A stretch of DNA of 64,000 nucleotides from an uncultured Pseudomonadota bacterium (GTDB taxonomy: Bacteria > Vulcanimicrobiota > Vulcanimicrobiia > Eremiobacterales > Eremiobacteraceae). Location: assembly GCA_963736005.1 (NCBI GenBank), contig CAVTNB010000001.1, forward strand, positions 480,001 to 544,000, read 5' to 3'. The notes under the pieces are model-generated. The model was given only the letters and a program-made list of their open reading frames with translations, did no database searches and had not been told where the DNA came from. Each line of letters begins with the position of its first letter. The stretch's first letter is position 1. Below are positions 24,918-34,451 of the stretch, in pieces. Both the position numbers and the translations under genes were made by a program.

Positions 24918-25952
24918 ATTAACGTCCTCGTGGTGACAAGCCAGGTGCCGTTCGTCCACGGCGACGCGCACGACGTGGGTACGCATCTTGTGGATCATTT
25001 GCGGCGTCACGGTGCCGAGGCGGAGGCTCTACGGCTGCCCGTTTGTTGGACGCCGCCCGAACGTCTTATCGAAGAAATGCTCATCGCTTGCACCTTACGT
25101 CTGTGGAATGTGGATCGAGTGATCGCGCTCCGGTTTCCGTCGTATCTCATCTCTCACCCAGACAAGGTGCTCTGGGTCCTGCATCAATATGGTGACGCCT
25201 ACGAGATGTGGGACCAAGGACGAACACCTCTTTGCGCCAAGCCGCGGGGCAAGCAGATCCGAGATGCCGTCGTGCGTGCCGACAGCCTCGCCTTCGCGCA
25301 GGCACGGCGCATCTATGCCAGCACTCGCAGCATCGCAAACAGGCTGCATCGCTACAACGCAGTGAGGGCGCGAGTGTTATGCCCACCCTTGCATGACCCG
25401 GAATTGTTCACGGGAGGTGAAAACGAGGGATACATCATCGCTCCGGGGACGGTCGACTCGACCAGGCGTCAGACGCTTTTGGTTCAAGCCTTGCGCCACG
25501 CGCCTGGTGCTCATTTGGTCATCGCCGGTCCACCGAGCACGCCTACTGATGCCGAACTGTTAGAGCGTCTCATCGAGCAAGAAGGCATGAGCGATCGCGT
25601 CCGCTTGGATTTTCGAATCCTGACGCGCGCGCAACTCGCCGACCTGATCAACCGCTCGCTGGCCGTGGCGTACCTGCCGCAGGACGACGACGGTACGAGC
25701 AGCGTGCCCATGGAAGCGTTCCAGGCAGGCAAACCGCTCATCACAACGTCGGACTCCGCAGCGGTGCTTGAGGTGGTCGAGTGCGGTCGCACCGGGCTCG
25801 TGGCGCAACCCAATCCGGAAAGTTTGGGAGAAGCGTTGAGGCTTGCAAGCAGTGCCTTGGCAAGAACCGTCAGCATGGGTCTGGCGGCACGGCAGCAACA
25901 AGAAGCTCGGGGAACAACGTGGGCAAGAGTCGTGGAGTGCCTCCTAGCATGA
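24918..25952 (+). CDS. Glycosyltransferase family 4, divergent paralog of 27785-28822
   Basis: Aligns by eye with the 27785-28822 protein; the start may be ATT at 24918 or GTG at 24930. Confidence 0.75.
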   Translation: MNVLVVTSQVPFVHGDAHDVGTHLVDHLRRHGAEAEALRLPVCWTPPERLIEEMLIACTLRLWNVDRVIALRFPSYLISHPDKVLWVLHQYGDAYEMWDQGRTPLCAKPRGKQIRDAVVRADSLAFAQARRIYASTRSIANRLHRYNAVRARVLCPPLHDPELFTGGENEGYIIAPGTVDSTRRQTLLVQALRHAPGAHLVIAGPPSTPTDAELLERLIEQEGMSDRVRLDFRILTRAQLADLINRSLAVAYLPQDDDGTSSVPMEAFQAGKPLITTSDSAAVLEVVECGRTGLVAQPNPESLGEALRLASSALARTVSMGLAARQQQEARGTTWARVVECLLA

Positions 25953-26689
25953 GCCTGCGCATTGTTTGGGGCGGGCCGTGGAACCAGCAATCCGCCGCGG
26001 CGCGGAAGGGCTTGGACATCGTCTTGGAGCTCTTGTCGCGCGGGCACCTGATCGACGTGCTGCGAACCGAAGTAGGAAGGGCTGCAAAGCTTGCCTCTCT
26101 TTCATCCGTGGTCACTGCTCACTTGTGGAACGACGTTTCGACTCCCGACGTGCTGCGCAACGCAGATGCGATCATCGTCAACGTCGGTGATGACTACAAC
26201 CTGTATGGCGGGATGTTGAACAGTTTTTCACAGCTTGGCGCCGTTGCAATCTTTCACGACTCTCTCTTAGCCAATCTCGTGTACGCTTGGGCTATTGCGT
26301 CCGGCCCAGGCACAGAAGCCGAGCGTTTCGAGTCCGCCTTCCAAGCCGTAACCCACACCCGTGCGATTCTGGAATGGTTCGCGAGCGGCGCGATTGGCGC
26401 CGTGCTGCACACCCAACAGGACTTCGATTGCGTACGTGAAGCCTGCGCAGGGCCGGTCGCCGTGATCCCACCCCCAGTCGCAGGATGTCGCACGCTTGTC
26501 TCACGCTATGTGGATAGGCTGCTCCCAATTGTTGCTTCGGCCATCTCCGATCGACCGGTGCTCCTGGCCGAACAGGCCATTGGACGAACGCTCGGCGCGT
26601 TTGGTCTCGATGTCGCGGACCCGGCAATCGAGCGCATCGCAACGGTATTTGATTCTTTGTACACAAGTCAGGATACGGTAAGCGAATGA
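25949..26689 (+). CDS. Glycosyltransferase-like protein, apparently N-terminal GT-B domain only
   Basis: MSLRIVWGGPWNQQSA...AIFHD; ATGA-coupled on both sides; no EX7E C-terminal domain. Confidence 0.55.
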   Translation: MSLRIVWGGPWNQQSAAARKGLDIVLELLSRGHLIDVLRTEVGRAAKLASLSSVVTAHLWNDVSTPDVLRNADAIIVNVGDDYNLYGGMLNSFSQLGAVAIFHDSLLANLVYAWAIASGPGTEAERFESAFQAVTHTRAILEWFASGAIGAVLHTQQDFDCVREACAGPVAVIPPPVAGCRTLVSRYVDRLLPIVASAISDRPVLLAEQAIGRTLGAFGLDVADPAIERIATVFDSLYTSQDTVSE

Positions 26690-27783
26690 GCGCGCACCGC
26701 ATTCCGCTCTATCAACCGGATCTGTCGGGCAACGAGCGCCGTTACGTGCTCGAGTGCATCGATAGCACGTGGATCTCTTCGATTGGCGAGTTCATCCCGA
26801 AGTTTGAAAGCGCGATCGCTAAGGAGACGCAGGCACAGCATGCGATTGCGGTTTGCAACGGAACGGTCGCGTTGCACTTGGCGTTGCATTGCTTGGACAT
26901 TGGCCCCGGCGATGAGGTGATCGTTCCGACATTCACCTACATCTCGTCCGTGAACACCATTGCCCAGACAGGCGCAACGCCTGTTTTTGCCGAGTCGAAA
27001 CAGGCCGACTGGAATCTGGATCCGACCGACATCGAGCGGCGAATCACCCCCCGCACCAAAGCCATTGTGGCCGTGCATCTCTATGGTACGTCCTGCGATA
27101 TGCCAGCCATCAAGGCGCTCGCCGACGCCAGAGGATTGCGGATCGTCGAGGATTGCGCTGAAGCGCTGGGCACGCGTCTCGGGGGCCGACACGTCGGCAC
27201 CTTCGGCGACGTTGGAACGTTCAGTTTCTTCGGCAACAAGACCGTCACGACTGGCGAGGGCGGCATGGCGATTACCAATGACGATCGATTGGCGGCAAAG
27301 TTACGGCTGGTGAAAGGACAAGGTCAGTCGGCGACGCGCCGCTACTGGCACGAAGTGCTCGGCTTTAACTACCGCATGACCAATATCGAGGCCGCGCTCG
27401 GCCTCGCTCAGATGGAGAGGTTGCCCCACATCTTGGCTCGCAAGCGCGACATTGCCGCACGCTATCGAGAGCTACTTGCCACCCACCCCGTGACGTTTCA
27501 GTATGCAGCGTCTGAGGTTGAAAGCTCTAATTGGCTCGTCAGCCTCTTGCTACCGCCCTCCGCTAACAGAGAATCGGTCATGGCGCACATGGCCGAGTTG
27601 GGGGTTGAGACTCGCCCGGTGTTTTATTGCGCTCACCAAATGCCCATGTATAAGAGCGCCGAAGCCTTCCCAGTGGCAATGGACATCGCGGCACGGGGTA
27701 TTTCGCTGCCAAGTTACCCGACGCTCTCCCCCGCCGACATCACGCGGGTGACCGAGTCTTTGACCAGCGCTTTGCAAAACTAG
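26686..27783 (+). CDS. DegT/DnrJ PLP aminotransferase, GDP-perosamine synthase-like
   Basis: WISSIG, NGTVALHLAL, IVEDCAEA, SFFGNKTVTTGEGGM, RYWHEVLGFNYRMTN. Confidence 0.9.
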   Translation: MSAHRIPLYQPDLSGNERRYVLECIDSTWISSIGEFIPKFESAIAKETQAQHAIAVCNGTVALHLALHCLDIGPGDEVIVPTFTYISSVNTIAQTGATPVFAESKQADWNLDPTDIERRITPRTKAIVAVHLYGTSCDMPAIKALADARGLRIVEDCAEALGTRLGGRHVGTFGDVGTFSFFGNKTVTTGEGGMAITNDDRLAAKLRLVKGQGQSATRRYWHEVLGFNYRMTNIEAALGLAQMERLPHILARKRDIAARYRELLATHPVTFQYAASEVESSNWLVSLLLPPSANRESVMAHMAELGVETRPVFYCAHQMPMYKSAEAFPVAMDIAARGISLPSYPTLSPADITRVTESLTSALQN

Positions 27784-27784
27784 C

Positions 27785-28822
27785 TCACGCGAGCAATCGG
27801 TCGAGGACTCGCTCCCACGTGATACCCAATTTTTGCAATTGCTCGTGCGCCGATTCACCCATCTCTCGCGCGAGAGCCCTGTCGGCAAATAGCCGGTCAA
27901 ATGCTTGAGCAAGAGCTTCGGGATCGGGCGGTAGGACGTATCCGTTCTCGCCATCGGAGACAAACTCCAACACGCCCCCCGCATCGGAGAGCGTCACCGT
28001 GCAGCGGTGGGCTTGGGCCGCCTCAATGGTTGAATAGCCATAAGAATCTTCGTCCAATGGGACATATGCGGTCGCAAGCGCTCCTGCGAACCGCGCGATC
28101 TTGTCTTCCTCGCTGATCCATCGATCTTCGATCGCAACTTTGTCGTTCAGGCCTGCGCGCTCGACCAGTTCGTGCAGCGAGCTGGCGTATTCGGGGCTCG
28201 TGCTGCTCCCACACAAGCGCAGCCGCACTGCACTGCGAGTGTGACGCATGGCCTCCACCAGCAGATGTTGGCGCTTGTGGTGCTCCAAGCGACTGATACA
28301 CACAACTTCATCACCGTAGGGGCCGGAAACGAACGACTCCGGCCGGAGAACCGGCGGATAGAGCACTTCGCTCCCTATCCCATTAAAACGTAAGAGACGC
28401 TCGCCGACGATTCGCGAATTGGAAAAGATCGTGCGCGCTTCGAGCAGCGCAACGGTATCCGCGCGCATGACGGCGGCGCGGAGTGCTCGCCAGCGCGCCG
28501 TGTCCGGCATCGGGCTATATGGCGTATTCCATAGATCGTAGTACATGCGGATATGGTGAATGAACCAAACCACTTTGACCGGGTGCGGCACCACATGCGC
28601 GGGCGGACGAAAGGTGATGATGCGATCGAAGAAGTCGTCCAGGCGAAGGAGGCGAAAGGCCGCCATTTGCTCCAAGATGGTGTCCGGCGTGTCGGTATTG
28701 GGGATGTAGACGATCTCCGACTGTTGTCCGTTCTCCAAGAGTTTGGCGTGCAACCACTCGACGATGTTACGGCCGCCCCCGTACACGAGCGGAACGCATG
28801 AAGATACCAGACCCACTTTCAT
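27785..28822 (-). CDS. Glycosyltransferase family 4
   Basis: VPLVYGGG, SRLEHHKRQ, PLDEDSYGYSTIEAA. Confidence 0.88.
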   Translation of the reverse strand: MKVGLVSSCVPLVYGGGRNIVEWLHAKLLENGQQSEIVYIPNTDTPDTILEQMAAFRLLRLDDFFDRIITFRPPAHVVPHPVKVVWFIHHIRMYYDLWNTPYSPMPDTARWRALRAAVMRADTVALLEARTIFSNSRIVGERLLRFNGIGSEVLYPPVLRPESFVSGPYGDEVVCISRLEHHKRQHLLVEAMRHTRSAVRLRLCGSSTSPEYASSLHELVERAGLNDKVAIEDRWISEEDKIARFAGALATAYVPLDEDSYGYSTIEAAQAHRCTVTLSDAGGVLEFVSDGENGYVLPPDPEALAQAFDRLFADRALAREMGESAHEQLQKLGITWERVLDRLLA

Positions 28823-29469
28823 CGGGTGACGTTACCTGTTGAGCGCAATGCGCGAGCCGGCACGCCGCCCACCAACGCGCCATCTGGCACATCGGAAATC
28901 ACCGCCGCCCCCGCCGCGACGATCGCGTCCGAACCAATCGTTACCTTCGGGCAAATTGCGCTGCCCACGCCAACGAGCGTGCGTGCACCAACGCGAACAG
29001 AACCCGCGAGCGAGCAGCCGGGAGCAATATGCGCTGCTTCGCCGATGACATTGTCGTGATCGATAATCGCCCCTGTGTTGACGACCGCAAGTTCGCAAAT
29101 AATTGACTGGGTCCCGATCACAGCGCGGGCCATCACGACCGCACCATCGAGAACCCTGGCCGTGGGAGAGACAAACGCCTGCGGGTGAACGATAGCCGGT
29201 AAACCAAAGCCGAGATCGCGGAGCTTGCGTCCCAACGTCTGGCGCAAGCGATTGTCGCCAACGGCTATCACCGCCGTTCGCACGCCTTTTGACAAAAGAT
29301 CAGGCAGGATGTCATCGCTCCCTACAACGGGGACATCGAGAACGCGGCCTCCCCGCTCGGCCGGGTCGGTGAGACCAACGACGTCAAACCGTTGCAGAGC
29401 CAGCACAGCTTCAAGCACGACTTTCGCGTGAAAACCCGCCCCGACGATGACCAGTTGCGACGCGTTCAT
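28819..29469 (-). CDS. NeuD/PglD/PerB-family hexapeptide sugar N-acetyltransferase
   Basis: IVGAGFHAKVV, AVGDNRLR, VNTGAIIDHD, hexapeptide repeats, GVPAR. Confidence 0.88.
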   Translation of the reverse strand: MNASQLVIVGAGFHAKVVLEAVLALQRFDVVGLTDPAERGGRVLDVPVVGSDDILPDLLSKGVRTAVIAVGDNRLRQTLGRKLRDLGFGLPAIVHPQAFVSPTARVLDGAVVMARAVIGTQSIICELAVVNTGAIIDHDNVIGEAAHIAPGCSLAGSVRVGARTLVGVGSAICPKVTIGSDAIVAAGAAVISDVPDGALVGGVPARALRSTGNVTR

Positions 29470-30449
29470 GCGAACGCAACGTTTGGGTAGCTGCTCGGGG
29501 GGCGCCGCAAAAAGAGCAGGTTGATCGAAAAGACTTCATCGAGTCCAGTGGTACGAAGCACGCGGCACTGGCCTGTTGCTTCATCGATCTCATAGCCAGT
29601 AAAACCATCTGACACAAACGGTTCCAACCATGCCGCGATGGTTACGCCGGCGCGCACCAGATGCGTCGGGCCGAATTCAACGATGACGGCCACATCGGGA
29701 TTCTCCCCAATGATGCGGTGCATTCCTCGCCACACGGGTAGCTCGTAACCTTCGGCGTCGATCTTGACAAGCGATACTCGCGTGTGCTCGGGAACGGATT
29801 CATCTAACGTGCACAGCGGAACTTCGAGCGTGCGAACCTCGCCTTCAAGCGGAAGCAACGAGCTATGGCCGAGAATTTTTGCGGCATGCATCGTTGCGAT
29901 CCCGGATTGGTCGCCGCAGGCGGCGGCCACGACGGAAACGCGATCCGCTACTCCGTTGAGGTACATGCTTCTGCGCAGCACATCGGCCAGCCGCGGAAGC
30001 GGCTCAAAGGCCATGACCGATCCCGTGGCGCCGACTCGCTGGGCGGCAGGTAGCGTGAGCAAACCAATATTTGCTCCAACGTCCACGACCAGGTCGCCCT
30101 CGCGGATCAACTGCGTCATCACGGTCGTCGTGCCCGGCTCCAGCACACCGGTGTCCAGCAGTGCGGTGAGCAGCACGTCGTCTTCTGCCGGAACGATCAA
30201 CCGTCCGTAAGGCGTTTTTACCAAGACTTCTTGACTTGCGAGTTGCACGGTAGTGGACGCTAGCTTGTCGATGCGTGAATCTCGCAATGCTGGATGCGCT
30301 GCCACCCAAGCCGGCCCGAACAACGAGCGGATCGCTTCAAGCCCGCGGCGGGCCGACAGACGCGCGCGCGAAGACAGCTGCGCGACGACCTTTCGCCCCG
30401 GTGGGCCCACCCGCCCCAGCCGAACACCTGCCCTGATTGCCTTTGCCAT
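29466..30449 (-). CDS. FkbM-family methyltransferase
   Basis: VDVGANIG, AFEP, LVKIDAEGYE. Confidence 0.88.
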   Translation of the reverse strand: MAKAIRAGVRLGRVGPPGRKVVAQLSSRARLSARRGLEAIRSLFGPAWVAAHPALRDSRIDKLASTTVQLASQEVLVKTPYGRLIVPAEDDVLLTALLDTGVLEPGTTTVMTQLIREGDLVVDVGANIGLLTLPAAQRVGATGSVMAFEPLPRLADVLRRSMYLNGVADRVSVVAAACGDQSGIATMHAAKILGHSSLLPLEGEVRTLEVPLCTLDESVPEHTRVSLVKIDAEGYELPVWRGMHRIIGENPDVAVIVEFGPTHLVRAGVTIAAWLEPFVSDGFTGYEIDEATGQCRVLRTTGLDEVFSINLLFLRRPPSSYPNVAFA

Positions 30450-30484
30450 GCACGTTCACTTCTTCGCCGAGCGGCAATTGTCCA

Positions 30485-31891
30485 TCACGAGCGGTGACGA
30501 TAGGCTTGATATTTGCTCAAGAATTCACGTGCGGCTTGTTCGTGATCGACGATCGGGCATGGGTATTGTTCTGGCGTAAAAAAACCAAGCTCGGTTTGCT
30601 GCGACGCGCCGATCGCCCACGGCGCCAACGCCGCCGCCGTCGGCAGCTTGGCCAGTTCGCGACAGTACTTGCGCACGTACATCGCTTGCGCGTCAAAGAG
30701 TTGCGCCTGGCGTACTGGATTGTAGATGCGCGGATAGGCCGCTTGGTCCGAACCGATGCCCGCGATGCGCTGCCAGTTGCCCACGCACAGCGCCTCATCG
30801 GCTTCGAGCAGTTCTCGCATCCACAAGTCTCGTCCAATGCGCCAGTCCAACCCCAAGTCGGCGGTGCAAAACGAGGCCGCAACGACCGCACCGCGCTGGT
30901 GCACGTGTCCGTACATGCACAGCTGGCGCATCGCTGCGTCAACCAACGGGTACCCCGTCTTCCCCGATGTCCAGGCTTTGATCATCCGCTCGTCATGGGA
31001 CCATTCGAAACCGCGCATCTTGGTCTGCAGTGGTTCGTCGTACACTTCGGGCGCGAAATATGCCAGGTGAATAAAAAAATCGCGCAACGCAAGCCGTCGC
31101 AGAAAGGCGCTCATCGATAAGCGCTCTTGTGCGAGGGTCCAGGTACGAGCCATTTTCTCAGCAACAGCGTGGAAAACCGTGCGCGGGCTCAGGAGTCCAA
31201 AGCGCAGGTACGCCGCGAGATCCGACGTCCCCACGCGGCCCGGGTACTCTGCATTCGTGCTGTAATCGGCGACGCGTGCAGAGACAAATCTTGCAAGGGC
31301 CGCCAGAGCCGCCGCTTCGCTTGGCTCGGGCATGTCGCGCGCCGGATCTTGCTCTTCGATTGGGCCTGGGTCGGGATCGCGGCCTGTCGGAAGGGCGGTT
31401 GGCAGAGATCGCTCGACGGGCGTTGCTTTCCAGGCCTGATAAAACGGCGGAAAGACTCGGTAACCAGTGCCGGGTGCTTGCTTGCGTTGCGCGATCGCTT
31501 CCGGCTCGTGAACCACGCCGCCACCTAACGAGCGCAGCTCAATGCCCGCTGCGCTGAGGTGCGCTCGTACGTCTCGTTCGAGCTCGAGCTCTGTGCGGTC
31601 GAACGCCCGCGCGCAAAAAACTCGCGTCGCGCCTAAGCGCTTTGCCGCCGCTTCAAGAGCGACCGCCGGATTGCCGGCGAGCATGCTCAACGAGGCATCG
31701 GCTTTGCCAAGCGCCAGCTTGAAGCTCTGTAGTGCTGCAGTCGTAAACCGGCGCTGACGCGGATTGAGCTGTTGCGACGTCTGAGCACAATAAACGCCAT
31801 ACACCGTCTTGGATGACGTCATGGCGCTCGACAGCGCCGCGTTGTCGTTGAGCCGCAGGTCTCGGCGAAACCAGTGGAGGCTAACGCTCAT
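30485..31891 (-). CDS. Photolyase/cryptochrome-family protein with non-canonical active site
   Basis: WFRRDLRLNDN, GKTGYPLVDAAMRQL, DWR, RIYNP, YPCPIVDH. Confidence 0.9.
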   Translation of the reverse strand: MSVSLHWFRRDLRLNDNAALSSAMTSSKTVYGVYCAQTSQQLNPRQRRFTTAALQSFKLALGKADASLSMLAGNPAVALEAAAKRLGATRVFCARAFDRTELELERDVRAHLSAAGIELRSLGGGVVHEPEAIAQRKQAPGTGYRVFPPFYQAWKATPVERSLPTALPTGRDPDPGPIEEQDPARDMPEPSEAAALAALARFVSARVADYSTNAEYPGRVGTSDLAAYLRFGLLSPRTVFHAVAEKMARTWTLAQERLSMSAFLRRLALRDFFIHLAYFAPEVYDEPLQTKMRGFEWSHDERMIKAWTSGKTGYPLVDAAMRQLCMYGHVHQRGAVVAASFCTADLGLDWRIGRDLWMRELLEADEALCVGNWQRIAGIGSDQAAYPRIYNPVRQAQLFDAQAMYVRKYCRELAKLPTAAALAPWAIGASQQTELGFFTPEQYPCPIVDHEQAAREFLSKYQAYRHRS

Positions 31892-31900
31892 ATCTTTTTG

Positions 31901-31939
31901 GAAAAGCGAAGGGCGCCACGGTGTTACCCAGCGGCGCCC
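31901..31939 (-). terminator. Putative intrinsic terminator after the cytochrome c gene
   Basis: GGGCGCC...GGCGCCC stem followed by TTCGCTTTT on the minus strand. Confidence 0.4.
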
Positions 31940-31963
31940 GATGCTTTCGTCCTAGCGAGTTCG

Positions 31964-32413
31964 CTATTTTAGCGAGGCGACGTAGGCGGCGACGTCTGCA
32001 ACCTGCTTGTTCGTCAGCGGCAACTTCGGCATGCCCGAACTCTTGTCGACGCCTTGCGGATTGAGAACCATGTAGGCGACTTGGCCCGCCTTCAGACCCG
32101 CCCCCGCGAGCGTCGGGCCGACTTGCCCGTTCTTCCCGCCCGCGCCATGGCAGCTTGCGCAATTCGCCGCAAACACTGCCGCCCCGGCGGTCGCATTACC
32201 CGGAGCGACTTTCGCGGAGGGCAATTTTGCCAGCGGGATAGGCAGGCTGGCCTGTGCCGCCACCGTGTTTCCTGACGATGCCATCGTCGCCGCGTTTGAA
32301 GACGACGACATCGAAGTTGCGCCAGTGTCCGACGAGTTTTGGCTCTTCGCGCATGAAGTAAAGGCAAATCCAGCAACGATGAGGGCGATGAACAGAAGAA
32401 ACAAATTTTTCAC
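31964..32413 (-). CDS. Lipoprotein monoheme cytochrome c
   Basis: Signal peptide with lipobox-like FTSC, Ser-rich linker, CASCH, distal Met in SGMP; GAGGAG SD before GTG. Confidence 0.85.
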   Translation of the reverse strand: MKNLFLLFIALIVAGFAFTSCAKSQNSSDTGATSMSSSSNAATMASSGNTVAAQASLPIPLAKLPSAKVAPGNATAGAAVFAANCASCHGAGGKNGQVGPTLAGAGLKAGQVAYMVLNPQGVDKSSGMPKLPLTNKQVADVAAYVASLK

Positions 32414-32455
32414 GGCAGCTTTTCTCCTCAAATAGAGCGCTGAACTCACAGGCGG

Positions 32456-33697
32456 TTACCCGGTTTGCTCGGCCAATCCTCCCTTTTCTTCGCGAACGAA
32501 CGCGAGAGCGATGGCCCCGACGGTAACGAAGATCGCTATGAGAGCGAAGAGCAAGCGGTAACCGAGCGCAAGATCGCCAGAAGCGATGCCAACGCGATCG
32601 ACGAGGAGGCCACCGATGATTGGTGCCGCAACTTGGGGACCTGAGGCACCGATGTTCCAGATCGCCATGAGCGCCCCAGCCCTGCCTGGAGGGAGCAAGA
32701 CACACGCCAGGGCCCAGTCGACGGAATAGTATGCACCCCAGCCGATCCCGAGCAGCGCGGCTAACGGCAGCAAGCCATTCATGCCGCGAATGAGGCTCAC
32801 AGCCGCGGCACCCACGGCCAGCATCGCGAGTGCGCCATAGAGGATGCGCTTCTTTGGCACTTTGTCTCCGGCGATGCCCGCGGGCACGGTGCCGATAAGC
32901 GCACAGCCCGTCATGATGAGAAGCAAATTCAAACTCGTTGCGAGATAGGCGCTCACGTGCTGCGCAAAGCGAAGATAGAAAGCAAAAAATGGGAGAATCA
33001 AATACAGGCCCATGCTGACCGCCGTGCGTGAGCCGATCAGCCACGCGAAACTCGTGCGTGCCGGCCATGTGGCAGGGAGGTCTGTTGGTTGTTCGGGGTG
33101 ACGGTGTGCGGGAATGCCGAGCAACGTGATGCAGAGCGTGACCAAAAGGACGATTGAAAGCGCGCTCACCAAATGAACGAGCCCAGCCGTGAACATCGCA
33201 GCACTGACGGTGGGCCCCGGCTGGCGGATGAACACGCGCGCGAGCAGCAGGCCGGCAGCGCTGCCGCCCAACCGGAAAAAGCCCATGTACGCAGAGGCTC
33301 GGCTGCGCGAACCCGCGGCAACGCGCGTTGGCATCAGCGCCTGGTAAGGTCCACCTGCGACATTGAAGGCGATCTGCACGACTGCGAAAGCCACGAGGAC
33401 GTAGAAAAATGATGGGGCCAGCGCGAATGCGTACAAGCCAACAATATTGACGATCGTTCCCGCTGCGATCAACAGCTTGTGATGACCACGTCGATCGGAG
33501 AGCCTGCCAGCCCCGTACTGGGAGAGAATGGACAGCAGCGCTCCAGAGCCGGACAGGACAGCGGTCGCCGTACCAATGCTCGTGGGAGGGAAAAAGCGCG
33601 CGATCTGTCCCTGCAGCGCGGCGCCAAGCAGCGCCGACCATTGCAATTCCCACGCGAACCAAAAGACGGACAGGGAAAAGAAGTTCTCTCTACGCAC
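32456..33697 (-). CDS. MFS transporter
   Basis: About 12 hydrophobic segments; GRLSDRRG motif A; GTG overlaps the upstream TAG. Confidence 0.85.
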   Translation of the reverse strand: MRRENFFSLSVFWFAWELQWSALLGAALQGQIARFFPPTSIGTATAVLSGSGALLSILSQYGAGRLSDRRGHHKLLIAAGTIVNIVGLYAFALAPSFFYVLVAFAVVQIAFNVAGGPYQALMPTRVAAGSRSRASAYMGFFRLGGSAAGLLLARVFIRQPGPTVSAAMFTAGLVHLVSALSIVLLVTLCITLLGIPAHRHPEQPTDLPATWPARTSFAWLIGSRTAVSMGLYLILPFFAFYLRFAQHVSAYLATSLNLLLIMTGCALIGTVPAGIAGDKVPKKRILYGALAMLAVGAAAVSLIRGMNGLLPLAALLGIGWGAYYSVDWALACVLLPPGRAGALMAIWNIGASGPQVAAPIIGGLLVDRVGIASGDLALGYRLLFALIAIFVTVGAIALAFVREEKGGLAEQTG

Positions 33698-34451
33698 GGC
33701 GCTCGAGCACAGTTCCATGTTTTTGCACGTAGTCGACGTCGAGCACGGAGTCGCAGTCCATCGCGAGCTCAGGGTACGCGCCCAAAACTGCAACAGCTTT
33801 GCCGCCCGTGAGTCGGGAAAGCCGCTGCACCACATGCTCCACGCTCAAGCGACCGAACATGTGGCGCGCCAGAATCGGCAAGCCCAGAAGCGACGCCATG
33901 GCAACCTGACTTCGCCTTGCGGCGAAGCAACTGCGCAGCATTTGTTCGTTCGCAAGGGCGAGCTCGGTCGAGACAACGCAAAGACTTCCGCCGGTCCAGT
34001 ACGCATCGCCAACACGCGCGAATTTGCTCCTGCCGCCCGGAAACGCGGCGAGAAACTCCTCACGCTCGTAAATCGGATAGGCAAAGTCAGCGTCATCCGG
34101 CACGCGCGAAAGAAAATCGTCGACGTGGGACGCCGTTACGAATGGCAGGTCCGAAGCGCAAAGCAGGGCTCTGCGCGTTCCAGCTTCACGTAAACCAGCG
34201 AGCGCGTTCTCTTCGCCCGAGCTTCGCTCTTTGAGCCAGAGATCGACGCCGCTCACCATCGTGCGAATGCTGCTTGGCCCGACAACGACGATGCGACGGA
34301 CGTTGGACGCGTGACGAACCGCAGCGAGAATCATCTCGAGCGGCGTCGCGTTGCCGACTCGAATAAGTGCCTTGATCTCGTTGCCCATGCGCGCGGCTTC
34401 ATCACGGCGAAAACGCCCTGCGGCCAAGATAACGGCATCCACCAGTTCCAC
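33690..34451 (-). CDS. MobA-like NTP-transferase-family protein
   Basis: DAVILAAG, KALI, CASDLPF, ELAMDCD; TAGTG overlap with the upstream gene. Confidence 0.75.
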   Translation of the reverse strand: MELVDAVILAAGRFRRDEAARMGNEIKALIRVGNATPLEMILAAVRHASNVRRIVVVGPSSIRTMVSGVDLWLKERSSGEENALAGLREAGTRRALLCASDLPFVTASHVDDFLSRVPDDADFAYPIYEREEFLAAFPGGRSKFARVGDAYWTGGSLCVVSTELALANEQMLRSCFAARRSQVAMASLLGLPILARHMFGRLSVEHVVQRLSRLTGGKAVAVLGAYPELAMDCDSVLDVDYVQKHGTVLERRA

